Part shown: one piece after another, positions 11,127 through 20,890 of the stretch
Numbering within the stretch: position 1 is the first letter of the stretch
How the letters are laid out: every line of letters begins with the position of its first letter
DNA from: a virus
Lineage: Duplodnaviria; Caudoviricetes
Strand: one strand, 5' to 3'
IMG/VR virus record: IMGVR_UViG_3300037067_003400
Span: 64,001 to 128,000 of that record
DNA length: 64,000 bases
The notes under the pieces: generated by a model
Told to the model about the DNA's origin: nothing
What the model saw: only the letters and a program-made list of their open reading frames with translations
Databases searched by the model: none
Made by a program: the position numbers and the translations under genes

Positions 11127-11778
11127 TCTGCATGGTGGACAGGGTGGTATATTATCAACACTCCTTGCTTGGATAGAGTATACTAAGGTTGATATGATAC
11201 TTCAACTGGGTGACTTTGGTTTGTATGATTACAAGTTTCCTGTTCCAGTGTATTGGACATATGGAAATAGAGAGTACGAGCCCCGAGTTTCTGAAATGAG
11301 TAACAGATATGCACAACTGTCTAATTGTATTAACAATAATATTCCTATGGTAGATTTAACACCATATTATTTTGGTGATGTTACATGTGTATCATTAGGT
11401 GGGGCTGAGTACCCTAAAGGTGATGGCTATATAGTAGAACATAACTGGGATTATATTAATCATATTATTCCTTCTCTAAATGAGGGTGAAGTAGATATAT
11501 TTATATCTCATGAGACACCTATTAGCAAGAAAGAAAAGTCAATTGTAACTGGAGAAGTTGTTAGCACTCATAATAAAGCTTTGCGGCATTTTGTCAGGAA
11601 GCTTTCTCCTAAGTTCTCTTTCTCTGGGCATTGGCATATAAATATGGAAGAGCTTATTCCTGGGAATAAATTTCCTATCGACTCTTATTGCTTAGGGCTT
11701 CGACCAAGAGACTGGCTCATCTTTGATACTGAATTGTATAAAGCAGGTAAGTTTCCTATTAGTAGATTGGAGATGTGA
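11104..11778 (+). CDS. calcineurin-like metallophosphoesterase
   Basis: SDLHG, LGDFG, YGNRE, ISHE, SGHWH motifs. Confidence 0.9.
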   Translation: MKIGIVSDLHGGQGGILSTLLAWIEYTKVDMILQLGDFGLYDYKFPVPVYWTYGNREYEPRVSEMSNRYAQLSNCINNNIPMVDLTPYYFGDVTCVSLGGAEYPKGDGYIVEHNWDYINHIIPSLNEGEVDIFISHETPISKKEKSIVTGEVVSTHNKALRHFVRKLSPKFSFSGHWHINMEELIPGNKFPIDSYCLGLRPRDWLIFDTELYKAGKFPISRLEM

Positions 11779-12535
11779 TGGTTGTTAGTAATAGATTAGA
11801 AGCAACAGAGATAGTATCTGATACTCCAGATGATTTAAAGATTCCTGTTGTGTGTGTGCTTCGTAATGTAGCTGCAGTACACAATATGATTGTTCTTGCA
11901 AGGGAATACTTATCTGGGTTTAAGAGGACTCCTTATATGGAGTCTATTGATAGCTTTACTTTTAAGTGTAGTGAAAACTCTGTTGTGCTATTAAACAAAG
12001 AGAATACTAAAGTAGAAGCAGAAGATATATTCTTAAGTGTAGGTGCATTCTGGTTCTGGTTTACTGTTGAGTTAGAAGATGAATCTAAGGTTGTATTTTT
12101 TGAAAGAGAGGAAGATTAAGTATGATGTCTACTGATGTATATACTCCTGATATGGTAGTCTTGCAGGATGGTGGTGAGACTATACTTACTGATACTCTTA
12201 CTAATCTTGAGTTGGATATTCAGGACGTAGCTGGTATAAACGGTCTTATAGATAATCTTATTTTGTATTATATGTATGACCCTTCTTATTGTGGAGTTGA
12301 AGCTGATGTTTTATGTAAAGCATCAAGTGATATAACCCCTGCCTCTACCAGACTTCTTCTCTTCTCTAATATTTTAGGGGCAAGAGTATTCCCTAAGAAG
12401 GTTCTACTAACAATAGAAACTATTAAGAAGTCGAAAGCTGATATAACTATCCATGCTTTCATTGATGCGTATGTTTCTGATGATGAGTATGCTTCTTATT
12501 GCATATTAGTTAGGGAAACAGATTAGGAGGATATA

Positions 12536-13608
12536 GTGGCAAACAGTATTAAAAGAATTGTTGCCCTTCCAGGTGATAAAGTTTATATAAAGGGGTGGAA
12601 CTCTACTGCTATACGGGTTGAAGTAATACAAGTATTGTGTCTTAAAACCAAAACACAGTATAGAGTTTGTTCTAACGAGGGTAGATACAGCACTGAAACT
12701 GTGTTGTATGCTACTATTAGTGATTGCAATAAGAATATTTGTATGTTTACTCCTGTAGATAGTAAGAAACTTCCAAAGTTTGATATAGGTGAAACTGTAT
12801 ACTATATATATGAAAGACTTTTGTATGTTAGAGAGTTGAATAAAAATATTCTTTCCTATGTAGTAAAGTCTAATATTATTCAGAACATTATACTGGAAGA
12901 TAATGTAGACTATTGTTTTGTTAAGCTTGGTCCATCTGGTCTTGAGATAAATGAAACAGTTCATATTCCAAAGTTGTATAAAACTTATGACGAGTGTGCT
13001 GCTATAGCAGTATTTGAGGAAAAATAATGAGTATATATGAAGGATTAACTTGGGAAAGTTTATTTGTAGCGTGGATAGGAGATACTGTTTATTCTCCTCA
13101 GTTAGTTGATGGAGACTTTAAAGTTGTAGACTATAAAGTTTCTGGTATAGCTATTGATCAGGGGTCTGTATTTTTTGAGTGCTTTAATCCTATAAATGAG
13201 AAACCTAAAATGTTCTTATTCTCCAGAATATTCTTGACTGATGCTGGAGCTCTAAAGTATTGTGGTATTCTTAATGAGTTACCAAATAAAGGAAGCATTC
13301 CTATATCAGATAAGCTACTTGAGATTAGGGAAGAGAAAGAACCTATCAGTGATAAGGTTAGTAATATAAAGTTTCCTGTTGGTAGTAAAGTTTTTATGAT
13401 AGATCAGGAGGTAGAACGTCTCCCAGAGATTATCAACCTTAATACTGTTGATCTTGTAAGAAGAAATATTATACAAGATGAAGTATTATCTATTAAAGTT
13501 AAAGAGTCTGGGGAAGTTGTATATCAGACTTATTCAAGACAAGCTACAGATTTATTTGGAACTAACGAGGATGCTCGTAAGTTCTTGGCTAATGCTCCAG
13601 ATGAGTAG
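12536..13608 (+). other. two adjacent ORFs (12536-13027, 13027-13608), each with two SH3/KOW-like G-D-x-V-Y repeat domains
   Basis: LPGDKVYI / KFDIGETVYYI / WIGDTVYS / KFPVGSKVFMI. Confidence 0.5.
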
Positions 13609-13621
13609 GGTGGTGATATAG

Positions 13622-14068
13622 TTGTTAACTAAAGAAGCTTTCTCTGATTTAGATGTAAAGTTTAAAACTATTGATACATATGTAGCAGATGGTAAGTTAG
13701 ATGATGCTATTATAATGGCTGACAATGTCAAGAGATCTATTGGAGTTATACAAAGCACAGCTGGAAGAGCTGGTACAGCTATTGGTACTGGTGGAGGAAT
13801 TGTTGGAGGGTTTTGTGTAGCAGGATTCATAGGTGCTGTAGTTGGCGGTATTGTTACACATGTAGCATCTAAGGTACTGTTGGAAAAAGCATTGTATGTA
13901 GCTGGTACTATAGAAGATATAGCAGAGCTTGCATCTGGCATAAAAAGAGAACTAAATGAGATAAAAGATTTGCAAAGAGTGAAAAAGGCTGGGCTTGAAC
14001 CAGTGCAGATACCTCATTTTAGGTCAGCGTATGATAGATATATTAAAATAAAGACAAAGATTGAGTAA
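13622..14068 (+). CDS. glycine-zipper membrane protein
   Basis: GTAIGTGGGIVGGFCVAGFIGAVVGGIV. Confidence 0.55.
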   Translation: MLTKEAFSDLDVKFKTIDTYVADGKLDDAIIMADNVKRSIGVIQSTAGRAGTAIGTGGGIVGGFCVAGFIGAVVGGIVTHVASKVLLEKALYVAGTIEDIAELASGIKRELNEIKDLQRVKKAGLEPVQIPHFRSAYDRYIKIKTKIE

Positions 14069-14102
14069 AAAATACTAAACTTTTGTTTAGGTAGGGGATA
14101 AT

Positions 14103-14479
14103 ATGGATATAATACTTAATGAGTATAATGTAAACACAGACATAGAAAGTCTTAAGGATTTTAAGTTTGGCCCGAAGATGTAGCAACTAACAGAAGAGTT
14201 GTTATAGGTCTTCTTAAAGTTGCTACTTATTACAATGTCTTTACTACTTTGCAGAAGGTGTTAAAAAAGTATGACAAGATTAAAGATAAGTCAGAGTTGT
14301 TCAGGGATGATAAGGAACCTATTCCTGATACTCCTTTGAAGTTGACTACTACTATAGCTGATGGTTATATTTCTACGTATGCTCATCTGGATGATTATGC
14401 TTCTCCAGTTAGAGCAATATTTGTTATAATAGGAATGCCAATAGAGGATTTTAAATCCTTAATAGAGAGGTTAATATGA
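14103..14479 (+). pseudogene. hypothetical gene split by a -1 frameshift near 14166-14180
   Basis: RBS plus ATG 14103 frame stops at TAG 14181; the -1 frame is open from 14165 through the annotated 14249-14479 ORF, which lacks its own RBS. Confidence 0.55.
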
Positions 14480-14853
14480 TAAATAAAGTTATTATGGTAG
14501 GTAGATTGGCTACTAATCCAGAGTTCGACTATGTTGGAACGGATAAGAAGCCTAAGTCTACGTTCAGGATAGCTGTTAAGGGGTATGGTGATAAGTCAGA
14601 CTTCTTTACAGTATCTTCCTGGAACAAGCAAGCAGAGTATGTCTCTAATAATTTAAAGAGTGGAGACATGATATTTGTAGAAGGTAGACTTTCTGTTCGA
14701 GAGACAGAAAAAGATGGAGTTAAGTCTACATGGGTAGAGATAGTATCTAATGAGATACAACGATTAGCTAAGAAGTTTTCCAAAACTGAAGAAGCGGAAG
14801 CTGAACCAGACTCTGGAAGTGATGAGTTATCTGCTTTATTAGAAGGGATATAA
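14476..14853 (+). CDS. ssb: single-stranded DNA-binding protein
   Basis: MINKVIMVGRLATNPE...SDFF...GDMIFVEGRL OB fold; acidic tail. Confidence 0.93.
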   Translation: MINKVIMVGRLATNPEFDYVGTDKKPKSTFRIAVKGYGDKSDFFTVSSWNKQAEYVSNNLKSGDMIFVEGRLSVRETEKDGVKSTWVEIVSNEIQRLAKKFSKTEEAEAEPDSGSDELSALLEGI

Positions 14854-14861
14854 TATAACAA

Positions 14862-15581
14862 TTGACACGGGAACAGCAGTATGCTATCGACAAACTTGTC
14901 GGTTCCCGAGATGAAGAGAGTCGTAGAGAAGTAGCTGAAAAGATATTTCCTACATTTGAGTATTTGATTTACAAAACTATAGATGCAGTGGGAGTTTCTA
15001 AAGATACAGCAGACTATGAAGACATAGTGCAGAATGCAAGAGTCTCTTTATATAGAGCTTTGATGGAGTATTCTCCAGACAAGGGCTCTCACTTTGCAAC
15101 ATATGCTATAACGGCTATACGTAACTCCATTACTAACTCTTTGGTTAGTGTATCTTGGAGTAAGTCAGGACAACGTAAGCAATGGAACTTGTCTAACTTG
15201 AGTCGTAAGTTTGCTATGGAGTATGGAAGAACTCCTAATAGAGAAGAACTCTCAGAATTGTTAGGTGTTCCAGTAGAAGAGTTTGATAACTATATAAAAG
15301 CATCAAGGTCTTCCAAGCCAACAGGTTGCATCAATGAAGACATAGTAGAAAGCATTGATATTATGGATTCTACTACGCCTATTGCATCTATAATTCTTAA
15401 GATAGTAAGTAATCTTGATGACGATTCTAAGTTTTGTATGTTAAAACATTTAGATGGCTATACTTATAGAGAAATTGCTGAGGAATTATGCATATCCTCT
15501 TCTCGTGTGGGTCAATTAATTATAACTGCACGAGAGAAGATAGCTGAAGCCTTAGCAGAACAAGGATATAATTATGACTGA
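14862..15581 (+). CDS. RNA polymerase sigma factor (sigma70 family, FliA/SigB-like)
   Basis: EDIVQ...YSPDKGSHFATYA (region 2), GRTPNREELSELLG (region 3), YTYREIAEELCISSSRVGQ (region 4 HTH). Confidence 0.9.
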   Translation: MTREQQYAIDKLVGSRDEESRREVAEKIFPTFEYLIYKTIDAVGVSKDTADYEDIVQNARVSLYRALMEYSPDKGSHFATYAITAIRNSITNSLVSVSWSKSGQRKQWNLSNLSRKFAMEYGRTPNREELSELLGVPVEEFDNYIKASRSSKPTGCINEDIVESIDIMDSTTPIASIILKIVSNLDDDSKFCMLKHLDGYTYREIAEELCISSSRVGQLIITAREKIAEALAEQGYNYD

Positions 15582-16170
15582 ATATCAGCAAGTAGCTGGA
15601 GAAATCTTTCAGACAGAAAAGGGATTTCTTCTAATGTTAGATAATGGTTTAGCTCTAATAGTTCATGATGAAAAGCAGATGGCGGGATACAAATTCTTCC
15701 CAGAATTTAAAGATGAGACTATTAGACAAGAAACTATTACTAATATGATAGGAGCAGAAGACTTAACTGCTGTTTTCTTGGAGTCTATACTTGAAGAACC
15801 AGTTGATAAGTTTGATCTTGAATATTTTATACACAATGCTCGACAGGTTGTTACCTTTCAGATTAGTCATTCTACTTTAGATTCCAGGGATGCTGGTACA
15901 GAGTACATGAGAGCTACTGAACTTGGTAACAAGGTAAGAGCAGGTGGTGATGTACATACTTTACTACGTGAGTATTTTACTGCTACTGCATTAGACAAAG
16001 ATATGTTATATAAATATTTGAAAAGGGAAGCTAGTGAAGAAGCTAGAGCTTTTATTGATGACGTTCTTACACCGATTGGTGAATATTTTGGAGGAAACGA
16101 TGAGCAAAGTGAAGATACTGAGGAAGAGAAGACTGGGAACTCAGACCCCGAACCAGCAGCAGTTAGTTGA
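15574..16170 (+). CDS. hypothetical protein
   Basis: 198 aa ORF coupled to the sigma gene and overlapping the JAB gene by 71 nt. Confidence 0.55.
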   Translation: MTEYQQVAGEIFQTEKGFLLMLDNGLALIVHDEKQMAGYKFFPEFKDETIRQETITNMIGAEDLTAVFLESILEEPVDKFDLEYFIHNARQVVTFQISHSTLDSRDAGTEYMRATELGNKVRAGGDVHTLLREYFTATALDKDMLYKYLKREASEEARAFIDDVLTPIGEYFGGNDEQSEDTEEEKTGNSDPEPAAVS

Positions 16171-16927
16171 TGGATTTGGCAAGCCTATAGTGCAGACTTG
16201 GCAGAATCCTGCTAACAAGGGTGCAACTACTCCTGCTGTAGAGGTGGTTAGAACTCCGGTTAGCTTGTCTCCAGAACTGGGGAAACTTTTCCGTCAGCAT
16301 TCTTTTGATACTAAAGTAACTTTTGATGCTACTAAAGTAATGGTTCACATATCTCCTATTGCGATGGAGAAAATGTACTATTATGTAGGTATAGTAGCAG
16401 ACGAAGTCAGCTGGATGGGTAAAGTTACAAGGCTAAATAATACAGAGTTTCTTATTGAAGATGTCTATTTAATAGATCAAGATGTGCACCCTACTACTAC
16501 CGAGTTTACTAACGAAGGTAATACAGAATTCCTTACTAAGCTTGTAGAAGAAGAAGGTATAGAAGCTGTCAATAAGATTAGGCTTTGGGGGCATAGCCAT
16601 GTTAAGATGGGAACTACTGCCAGCACAGTAGATGACGAACAGATGAAAGAATTTAGTCAAGTTAATGACGACTATATGATTAGACTTATAGCTAATAAGG
16701 ATGGTAGGATAGAGCTTACCATATATGACTGGAACAGAAATCTGAAGATCGCTGACGCTCCATGGTCTCTCTTTGTGTGTATGGATGATGAACTTCAGAA
16801 TGCTATTAAAGAGGAAGTAAAGGAAAAAGTATTCGTTAAAAAGAATACTGTCACTACCTATGCTAACCAGGGTTACAATGGCAGAAACTATGCTGGTGGT
16901 GGTGCATGGAACCATGAAGGAGTATAA
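16100..16927 (+). CDS. JAB/JAMM (MPN+) metallo-isopeptidase
   Basis: N-terminal Glu (DEVSWMG) and WGHSHVKMGTTASTVDD = HxH-x7-S-x2-D JAMM motif; ATG 16100 follows GGAGG. Confidence 0.88.
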   Translation: MSKVKILRKRRLGTQTPNQQQLVDGFGKPIVQTWQNPANKGATTPAVEVVRTPVSLSPELGKLFRQHSFDTKVTFDATKVMVHISPIAMEKMYYYVGIVADEVSWMGKVTRLNNTEFLIEDVYLIDQDVHPTTTEFTNEGNTEFLTKLVEEEGIEAVNKIRLWGHSHVKMGTTASTVDDEQMKEFSQVNDDYMIRLIANKDGRIELTIYDWNRNLKIADAPWSLFVCMDDELQNAIKEEVKEKVFVKKNTVTTYANQGYNGRNYAGGGAWNHEGV

Positions 16928-16929
16928 CT

Positions 16930-17604
16930 ATGAATTATAGCAGACAGCTTGCTGTTATAGATCCTAACGACTTAAAAGATTTAAGAGTTGATCTTATAGG
17001 AGCTGGTGCTGTTGGTTCCTATATCTCTTGGGAGTTGGCTAAGATTGGAACTAAGAACATGCACTTGTGGGATGCTGATATAGTGCAGGATCACAATGTG
17101 TGTAATCAAATGTTCAATCTTGAACATGTTAATAAACCGAAGGTTCTGGCTGTAGCTGAAATGCTGAAAGCTGGAACTGGTATGATGCCTTCTATGCATG
17201 CTCAAATGGTAGAAGGTAAGACTGAATTTGGTGACTATGTATTTCTTGCTGTGGATTCAATGAAAGTAAGAAAAGATATATGGGAACATAGCATCAAAAA
17301 GAATAGGCATATCTCTCGTATGATAGAAGTACGTATGGGTGCTTCTGATATGCGAGTATATACGATTAATCCAAACCTACCTGAAGACATAGTAGGTTGG
17401 GAAGATAGCCTCTACTCAGATGATGAAGCAGAGGTTTCTTTGTGTGGGAGCTCCGTGTCCATTGCTCCAACAGCCATGCTGACTGCTTCCTTAGCAGTAT
17501 GGCAGTTAATTAGATCCGTTAAGGGAGACCTCAACATAGAGTCCGAGGTGATCATGTCCACAAGGGCAATGGGACTTTATACGAACAAGTTCGTACCAAG
17601 ATAA
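16930..17604 (+). CDS. ThiF/MoeB-family E1-like adenylating enzyme
   Basis: YSRQ, IGAGAVGS, WDADIVQDHNVCNQ, KPKV, LAVDS; candidate catalytic Cys in SLCG; no Zn-binding CxxC pairs. Confidence 0.92.
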   Translation: MNYSRQLAVIDPNDLKDLRVDLIGAGAVGSYISWELAKIGTKNMHLWDADIVQDHNVCNQMFNLEHVNKPKVLAVAEMLKAGTGMMPSMHAQMVEGKTEFGDYVFLAVDSMKVRKDIWEHSIKKNRHISRMIEVRMGASDMRVYTINPNLPEDIVGWEDSLYSDDEAEVSLCGSSVSIAPTAMLTASLAVWQLIRSVKGDLNIESEVIMSTRAMGLYTNKFVPR

Positions 17605-17633
17605 AAATAAATTCTATAGGAGGAATCAATCTA

Positions 17634-17837
17634 ATGGTACATATTATTACAGTAGGTGGAGTTACAAGTTCAGTTCGCTATAGCGCAGGGGCAACTATTG
17701 CCAAGATTCTCGAAGCAGCTGGCATCAATGCTGATGGCTTTGAGGTCAAGTACAATGGTGTAAGAGCCACATCTCTTGATCAGACCGTTTCCGAAGACGG
17801 CACAATTCTCTTAACTCGCAGAGTTAAAGGAGCCTAA
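17634..17837 (+). CDS. ubiquitin-like beta-grasp protein ending in KG-A
   Basis: 67 aa; ATIAKILEAAG, VKYNG, DGTILLTRRVKGA; strong AGGAGG RBS; follows E1. Confidence 0.85.
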   Translation: MVHIITVGGVTSSVRYSAGATIAKILEAAGINADGFEVKYNGVRATSLDQTVSEDGTILLTRRVKGA

Positions 17838-17878
17838 TAAAAACTAACTACAAGATGGACACTTTGTAGGAGCTTACG

Positions 17879-17911
17879 GGAGAGGGTCTTTGACTCTCTC
17901 CTGGTTTTATT
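17879..17911 (+). terminator. hairpin plus T-rich tail between Ubl and E2 genes
   Basis: GGAGAGGGTC-TTT-GACTCTCTCC followed by TGGTTTTATT. Confidence 0.55.
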
Positions 17912-17949
17912 ATAGGTTACACATGTAACCTTTGTTGGAGGATAAAACA

Positions 17950-19635
17950 ATGGATTATGTATTTGTAGTTACAGAAAATCCAGATACTATACTTGGAAAC
18001 TATGGTTCCACTGCGTTTACTGATGATGGGCGGTCGGGAGTTCTTATCCCAGAGGACAGAGTTATAGAATATCTTAATGATATACATGTTCCAGCTGCAA
18101 GAGCAAGTAGATCTAATACAATTTATGCGGGTATAACAGAGCTTACTATTGCGCCTGAAGCTATAACTACTGATGGAGCTACTCTTGAAAGAGAAGAAGT
18201 TATAGCAGATCCAGAACGTGATGAAGATGATGAAGAAGATGAGGATCCTGAAACTGATGAGCCTATAGAAGAAGCTCATGTTGAAGCACCCACTCCTGCA
18301 CGTAATGCTGATGGTGGAAGAATGGCTATACCAATTATAACTGAGGCTGCGCCTGATCCAGATGATGGTGTTAAGCTTAATCCAGAAGATTTTAAAAAGA
18401 GATTTGGTTTTGCTTTAGAAACATGTAAAGGAAATTCTACTGAGTTTCATAGGTTACCTTCTAAAGCTGATAGTACTGGGAATAATATAACCCACGAAAT
18501 TTATATTCCTTGGATGCATAGTGCACAGATTCTTTCTCAAATTATTCCTATTGTAAATGCGTCAGGAAGAGGAGTATCTGTAACCTGGAGCGGTATGGAT
18601 CCTGTTAATCAGTACCCAAGAAATTGGGATAACATGGCTCCACATAATCGTAATATATCTAAAGTTATATTTTATGGTGGTCCTGTTACTGCTGGGCAAG
18701 AGTTTATAACTATAGAGGGTAAGAGCTATGATTTTAAAACTAATGTAGCTAAACTTACAGGGGTTGCTGCTCCAAGATTTGAGTTAGTAACAGATGACAA
18801 GCATGCAGTTATTGCAGCTATAGATACTCAGACGGATAACTTCCATGTCTTTTTAAATTACGGAAGTGCTAGTCAACCATATCCTATGGGGCTTATAAGA
18901 TATATATTTGATGCTTATAAAATATATATATATGCTAAGTTTGGTGTTATGGAAGGTGGCTCTGATCTTGATAGGCTAACTAATAATATCAGAGTAGGTT
19001 TAAAGAAGAAGTTTGTAGTACAGCAAACACAGAAAGCTCAAGCAGAAAGAGATGCATTTATTCATATGCAGGCTCATCAAGAAGAGTATTACAGAGCTAT
19101 TCAAGATTATCAAAAAGCTAAAGACGATCTTAATAAGATATCTGTTGATGAAGAAACATATCTAGGTAAAGTTCTTAATAATATATTAGCTATTAAATCT
19201 GTTATGGGTGTTGAAGATATATCTGTTTCTGGGGATATTATTACCGTCCGAACGAGTATGATGTTCTGTTTAGATCCAAGAGTTAATATAGTTAGAAGGA
19301 TTGGAGTCTTTGATATTCTCATAGATAAGAACACTTCTAAGATATCCTTTAGAAATAATACCTTGTTAGTGAAAGGGTATAACTCTGATTGGTGTCATGC
19401 TCCCCACATATTTGGTAATGGGTCAGCTTGTCTTGGAGATCTTCAGAATTTAGTTCCCAGTTTACTTACATCAGATGATTATGTAAGTGTAGTAGCTATG
19501 TGTATAGACTTCTTGCAGAGTGCTGCTGTATTTGATTCTGCTGGAAAGTATGTTCATAGGTGGCCGAAGGCTACTGATAAAGAAGCTGAACAATTTAGAA
19601 AAGAGTATCCTGTTATAGCCAGAGCTAAAATATAA
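17950..19635 (+). CDS. large protein with acidic N-terminus, coiled coil and C-terminal E2/UBC-like domain
   Basis: C-terminal HAPHIFGNGSACLGDL matches the E2 HPH/HPN-x(5-7)-CL pattern and is followed by two helices; operon context. Confidence 0.75.
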   Translation: MDYVFVVTENPDTILGNYGSTAFTDDGRSGVLIPEDRVIEYLNDIHVPAARASRSNTIYAGITELTIAPEAITTDGATLEREEVIADPERDEDDEEDEDPETDEPIEEAHVEAPTPARNADGGRMAIPIITEAAPDPDDGVKLNPEDFKKRFGFALETCKGNSTEFHRLPSKADSTGNNITHEIYIPWMHSAQILSQIIPIVNASGRGVSVTWSGMDPVNQYPRNWDNMAPHNRNISKVIFYGGPVTAGQEFITIEGKSYDFKTNVAKLTGVAAPRFELVTDDKHAVIAAIDTQTDNFHVFLNYGSASQPYPMGLIRYIFDAYKIYIYAKFGVMEGGSDLDRLTNNIRVGLKKKFVVQQTQKAQAERDAFIHMQAHQEEYYRAIQDYQKAKDDLNKISVDEETYLGKVLNNILAIKSVMGVEDISVSGDIITVRTSMMFCLDPRVNIVRRIGVFDILIDKNTSKISFRNNTLLVKGYNSDWCHAPHIFGNGSACLGDLQNLVPSLLTSDDYVSVVAMCIDFLQSAAVFDSAGKYVHRWPKATDKEAEQFRKEYPVIARAKI

Positions 19636-19656
19636 TTGGTTGAAATTATATTTACT

Positions 19657-19677
19657 GGGTATAATATATATAGGTAG
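19657..19677 (+). promoter_or_regulatory. putative promoter, GGTATAATAT...AGGTAG motif
   Basis: TATAAT at 19660-19665; the same extended motif recurs at 31984 and 37729. Confidence 0.6.
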
Positions 19678-19728
19678 GGGTTGTTACCGAATATTAAAGT
19701 GAACATTATTGTTAATAGGAGTATTAAA

Positions 19729-20376
19729 ATGGAAAATAAAATATTAAACACAAAAATTCATGTATTAAACTCATCCACAAAGGGGAAACCTGGAGTTGGT
19801 AAGATCTTAGACTTTGCTGACATGCTTATATTTAATCCGAAAGTTGGCGATGCTCTAAAAGATGACAATGGAAATGTAAATGATGGGAAGGTTGTTATCA
19901 GTGCTACTGAGTTTAATACAGCTAATCCTGAAAGCAACAAATCGCTCCAGTATTTTCTCGATGTGTCTAAGGCACGATTACTTGCTGAGACTGTTATAAA
20001 TAACTCTTATATCAGCAAGGCTGGAGATGCTGAGAAGATAGAAAACGGGGATAAGATTACTCTCCTTGATTTATGGGGTGGTGGGAAGAATAACTATACT
20101 AAGTATAGTTGTGATTTTCTTTCTCGTCATCTAAAGGTAGAGTATGTAGAAAGAGATAAGAATAAAACTCCGTTAGGTATTGGGCCCTCTGTTGTAATAT
20201 CAATAGAGTATTTCCCTGGTAAGAAGTCTGAGAACGGAGCTATCATTGCTGATGGAGAACGTCTCGATTCTGTTGTGTTCATGAAGAGTACAATGGAAAT
20301 GAAAGAAGCTATGCTTGCAGTAAGAGAACATCTACTCGCTTGTCGAGTTAGAGCTCTTGTATCTGGAGCATTTTAA
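19729..20376 (+). CDS. hypothetical protein heading the RNA cluster
   Basis: AGGAG RBS before ATG 19729; beta-rich with a C-terminal helix. Confidence 0.6.
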   Translation: MENKILNTKIHVLNSSTKGKPGVGKILDFADMLIFNPKVGDALKDDNGNVNDGKVVISATEFNTANPESNKSLQYFLDVSKARLLAETVINNSYISKAGDAEKIENGDKITLLDLWGGGKNNYTKYSCDFLSRHLKVEYVERDKNKTPLGIGPSVVISIEYFPGKKSENGAIIADGERLDSVVFMKSTMEMKEAMLAVREHLLACRVRALVSGAF

Positions 20377-20409
20377 GTAGTTAGGTAGCAACCCCCTACC
20401 TGGGTACAA

Positions 20410-20485
20410 TGCGGAGAGGGCAAACAGTTGAGCCGTCTGTCTCATAAACAGGACATAGAGAGTGCAATTCTCTCCTCCGCTCCCA
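20410..20485 (+). tRNA. tRNA with CAT anticodon (Met or Ile2), atypical
   Basis: GCGGAG/CTCCGC acceptor with T1:T72 mismatch; TCTGT-CTCATAA-ACAGG anticodon arm; GAGAG-TGCAATT-CTCTC T arm; encoded CCA. Confidence 0.8.
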
Positions 20486-20495
20486 AGTAAATGAT

Positions 20496-20564
20496 TAGAG
20501 CCGGATTGAATGGGTTATCATACTTTTGGTGTATATCAATCTCCCATTCTAAACATTTGCTCTA
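20496..20564 (+). ncRNA. Y RNA-like gene 1
   Basis: TAGAGC-C-GGAT pairs with ATTT-GCTCTA (bulged C); GAATGGG/CCCATTC upper stem; TTATC motif. Confidence 0.85.
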
Positions 20565-20575
20565 TCTTATAGTTC

Positions 20576-20697
20576 TGAGAGCCGAGGGTGTTAGGTTACC
20601 GTATGTGTAGGGTTTCCTGGGTGTTTCAAACACCTAATTTAAAGGAACCATCTGAACAAAAAGTTCAATCTTATCTAATGCTATTCACTTGCTCTCA
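20576..20697 (+). ncRNA. Y RNA-like gene 2 (long, structured loop)
   Basis: TGAGAGC-C-GAG pairs with CTT-GCTCTCA; GGTGTTAGG/TCTAATGCT upper stem; TTACC; 73-nt loop with nested hairpins. Confidence 0.85.
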
Positions 20698-20730
20698 TTA
20701 TTAAGTTATAATAATACAACGTATTATTAA

Positions 20731-20806
20731 TTAGGACCGGATGTTATAGGTTACCTATCAATTCTTATGCATTGACGCAATTACCTATTGCAGAAACTTG
20801 TCCTAA
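20731..20806 (+). ncRNA. Y RNA-like gene 3
   Basis: TTAGGAC-C-GG pairs with TT-GTCCTAA; TGTTATAGG/CCTATTGCA; TTACC. Confidence 0.85.
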
Positions 20807-20826
20807 GTTTTAAGTTAGACTCGCTA

Positions 20827-20885
20827 TGGGGGCGTTGTGTGGGCACAGTCCCGGGAAATATAGGTTCGATTCCTATGCGCCCCCA
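20827..20885 (+). ncRNA. minimal tRNA-like element A (no real anticodon arm)
   Basis: TGGGGGCGT/GCGCCCCCA acceptor-like stem; canonical T arm ATAGG-TTCGATT-CCTAT; short D-like hairpin TGTG-TGGG-CACA; only TCCCGGGA at the anticodon position. Confidence 0.7.
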
Positions 20886-20890
20886 CTTAT

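Noticed and set aside
16930-17837. ThiF + ThiS as thiamine or molybdopterin biosynthesis
   Set aside because: No thiG/moaE/sulfurtransferase genes; the flanking JAB and E2-like genes and the capped KG-A terminus favour conjugation.
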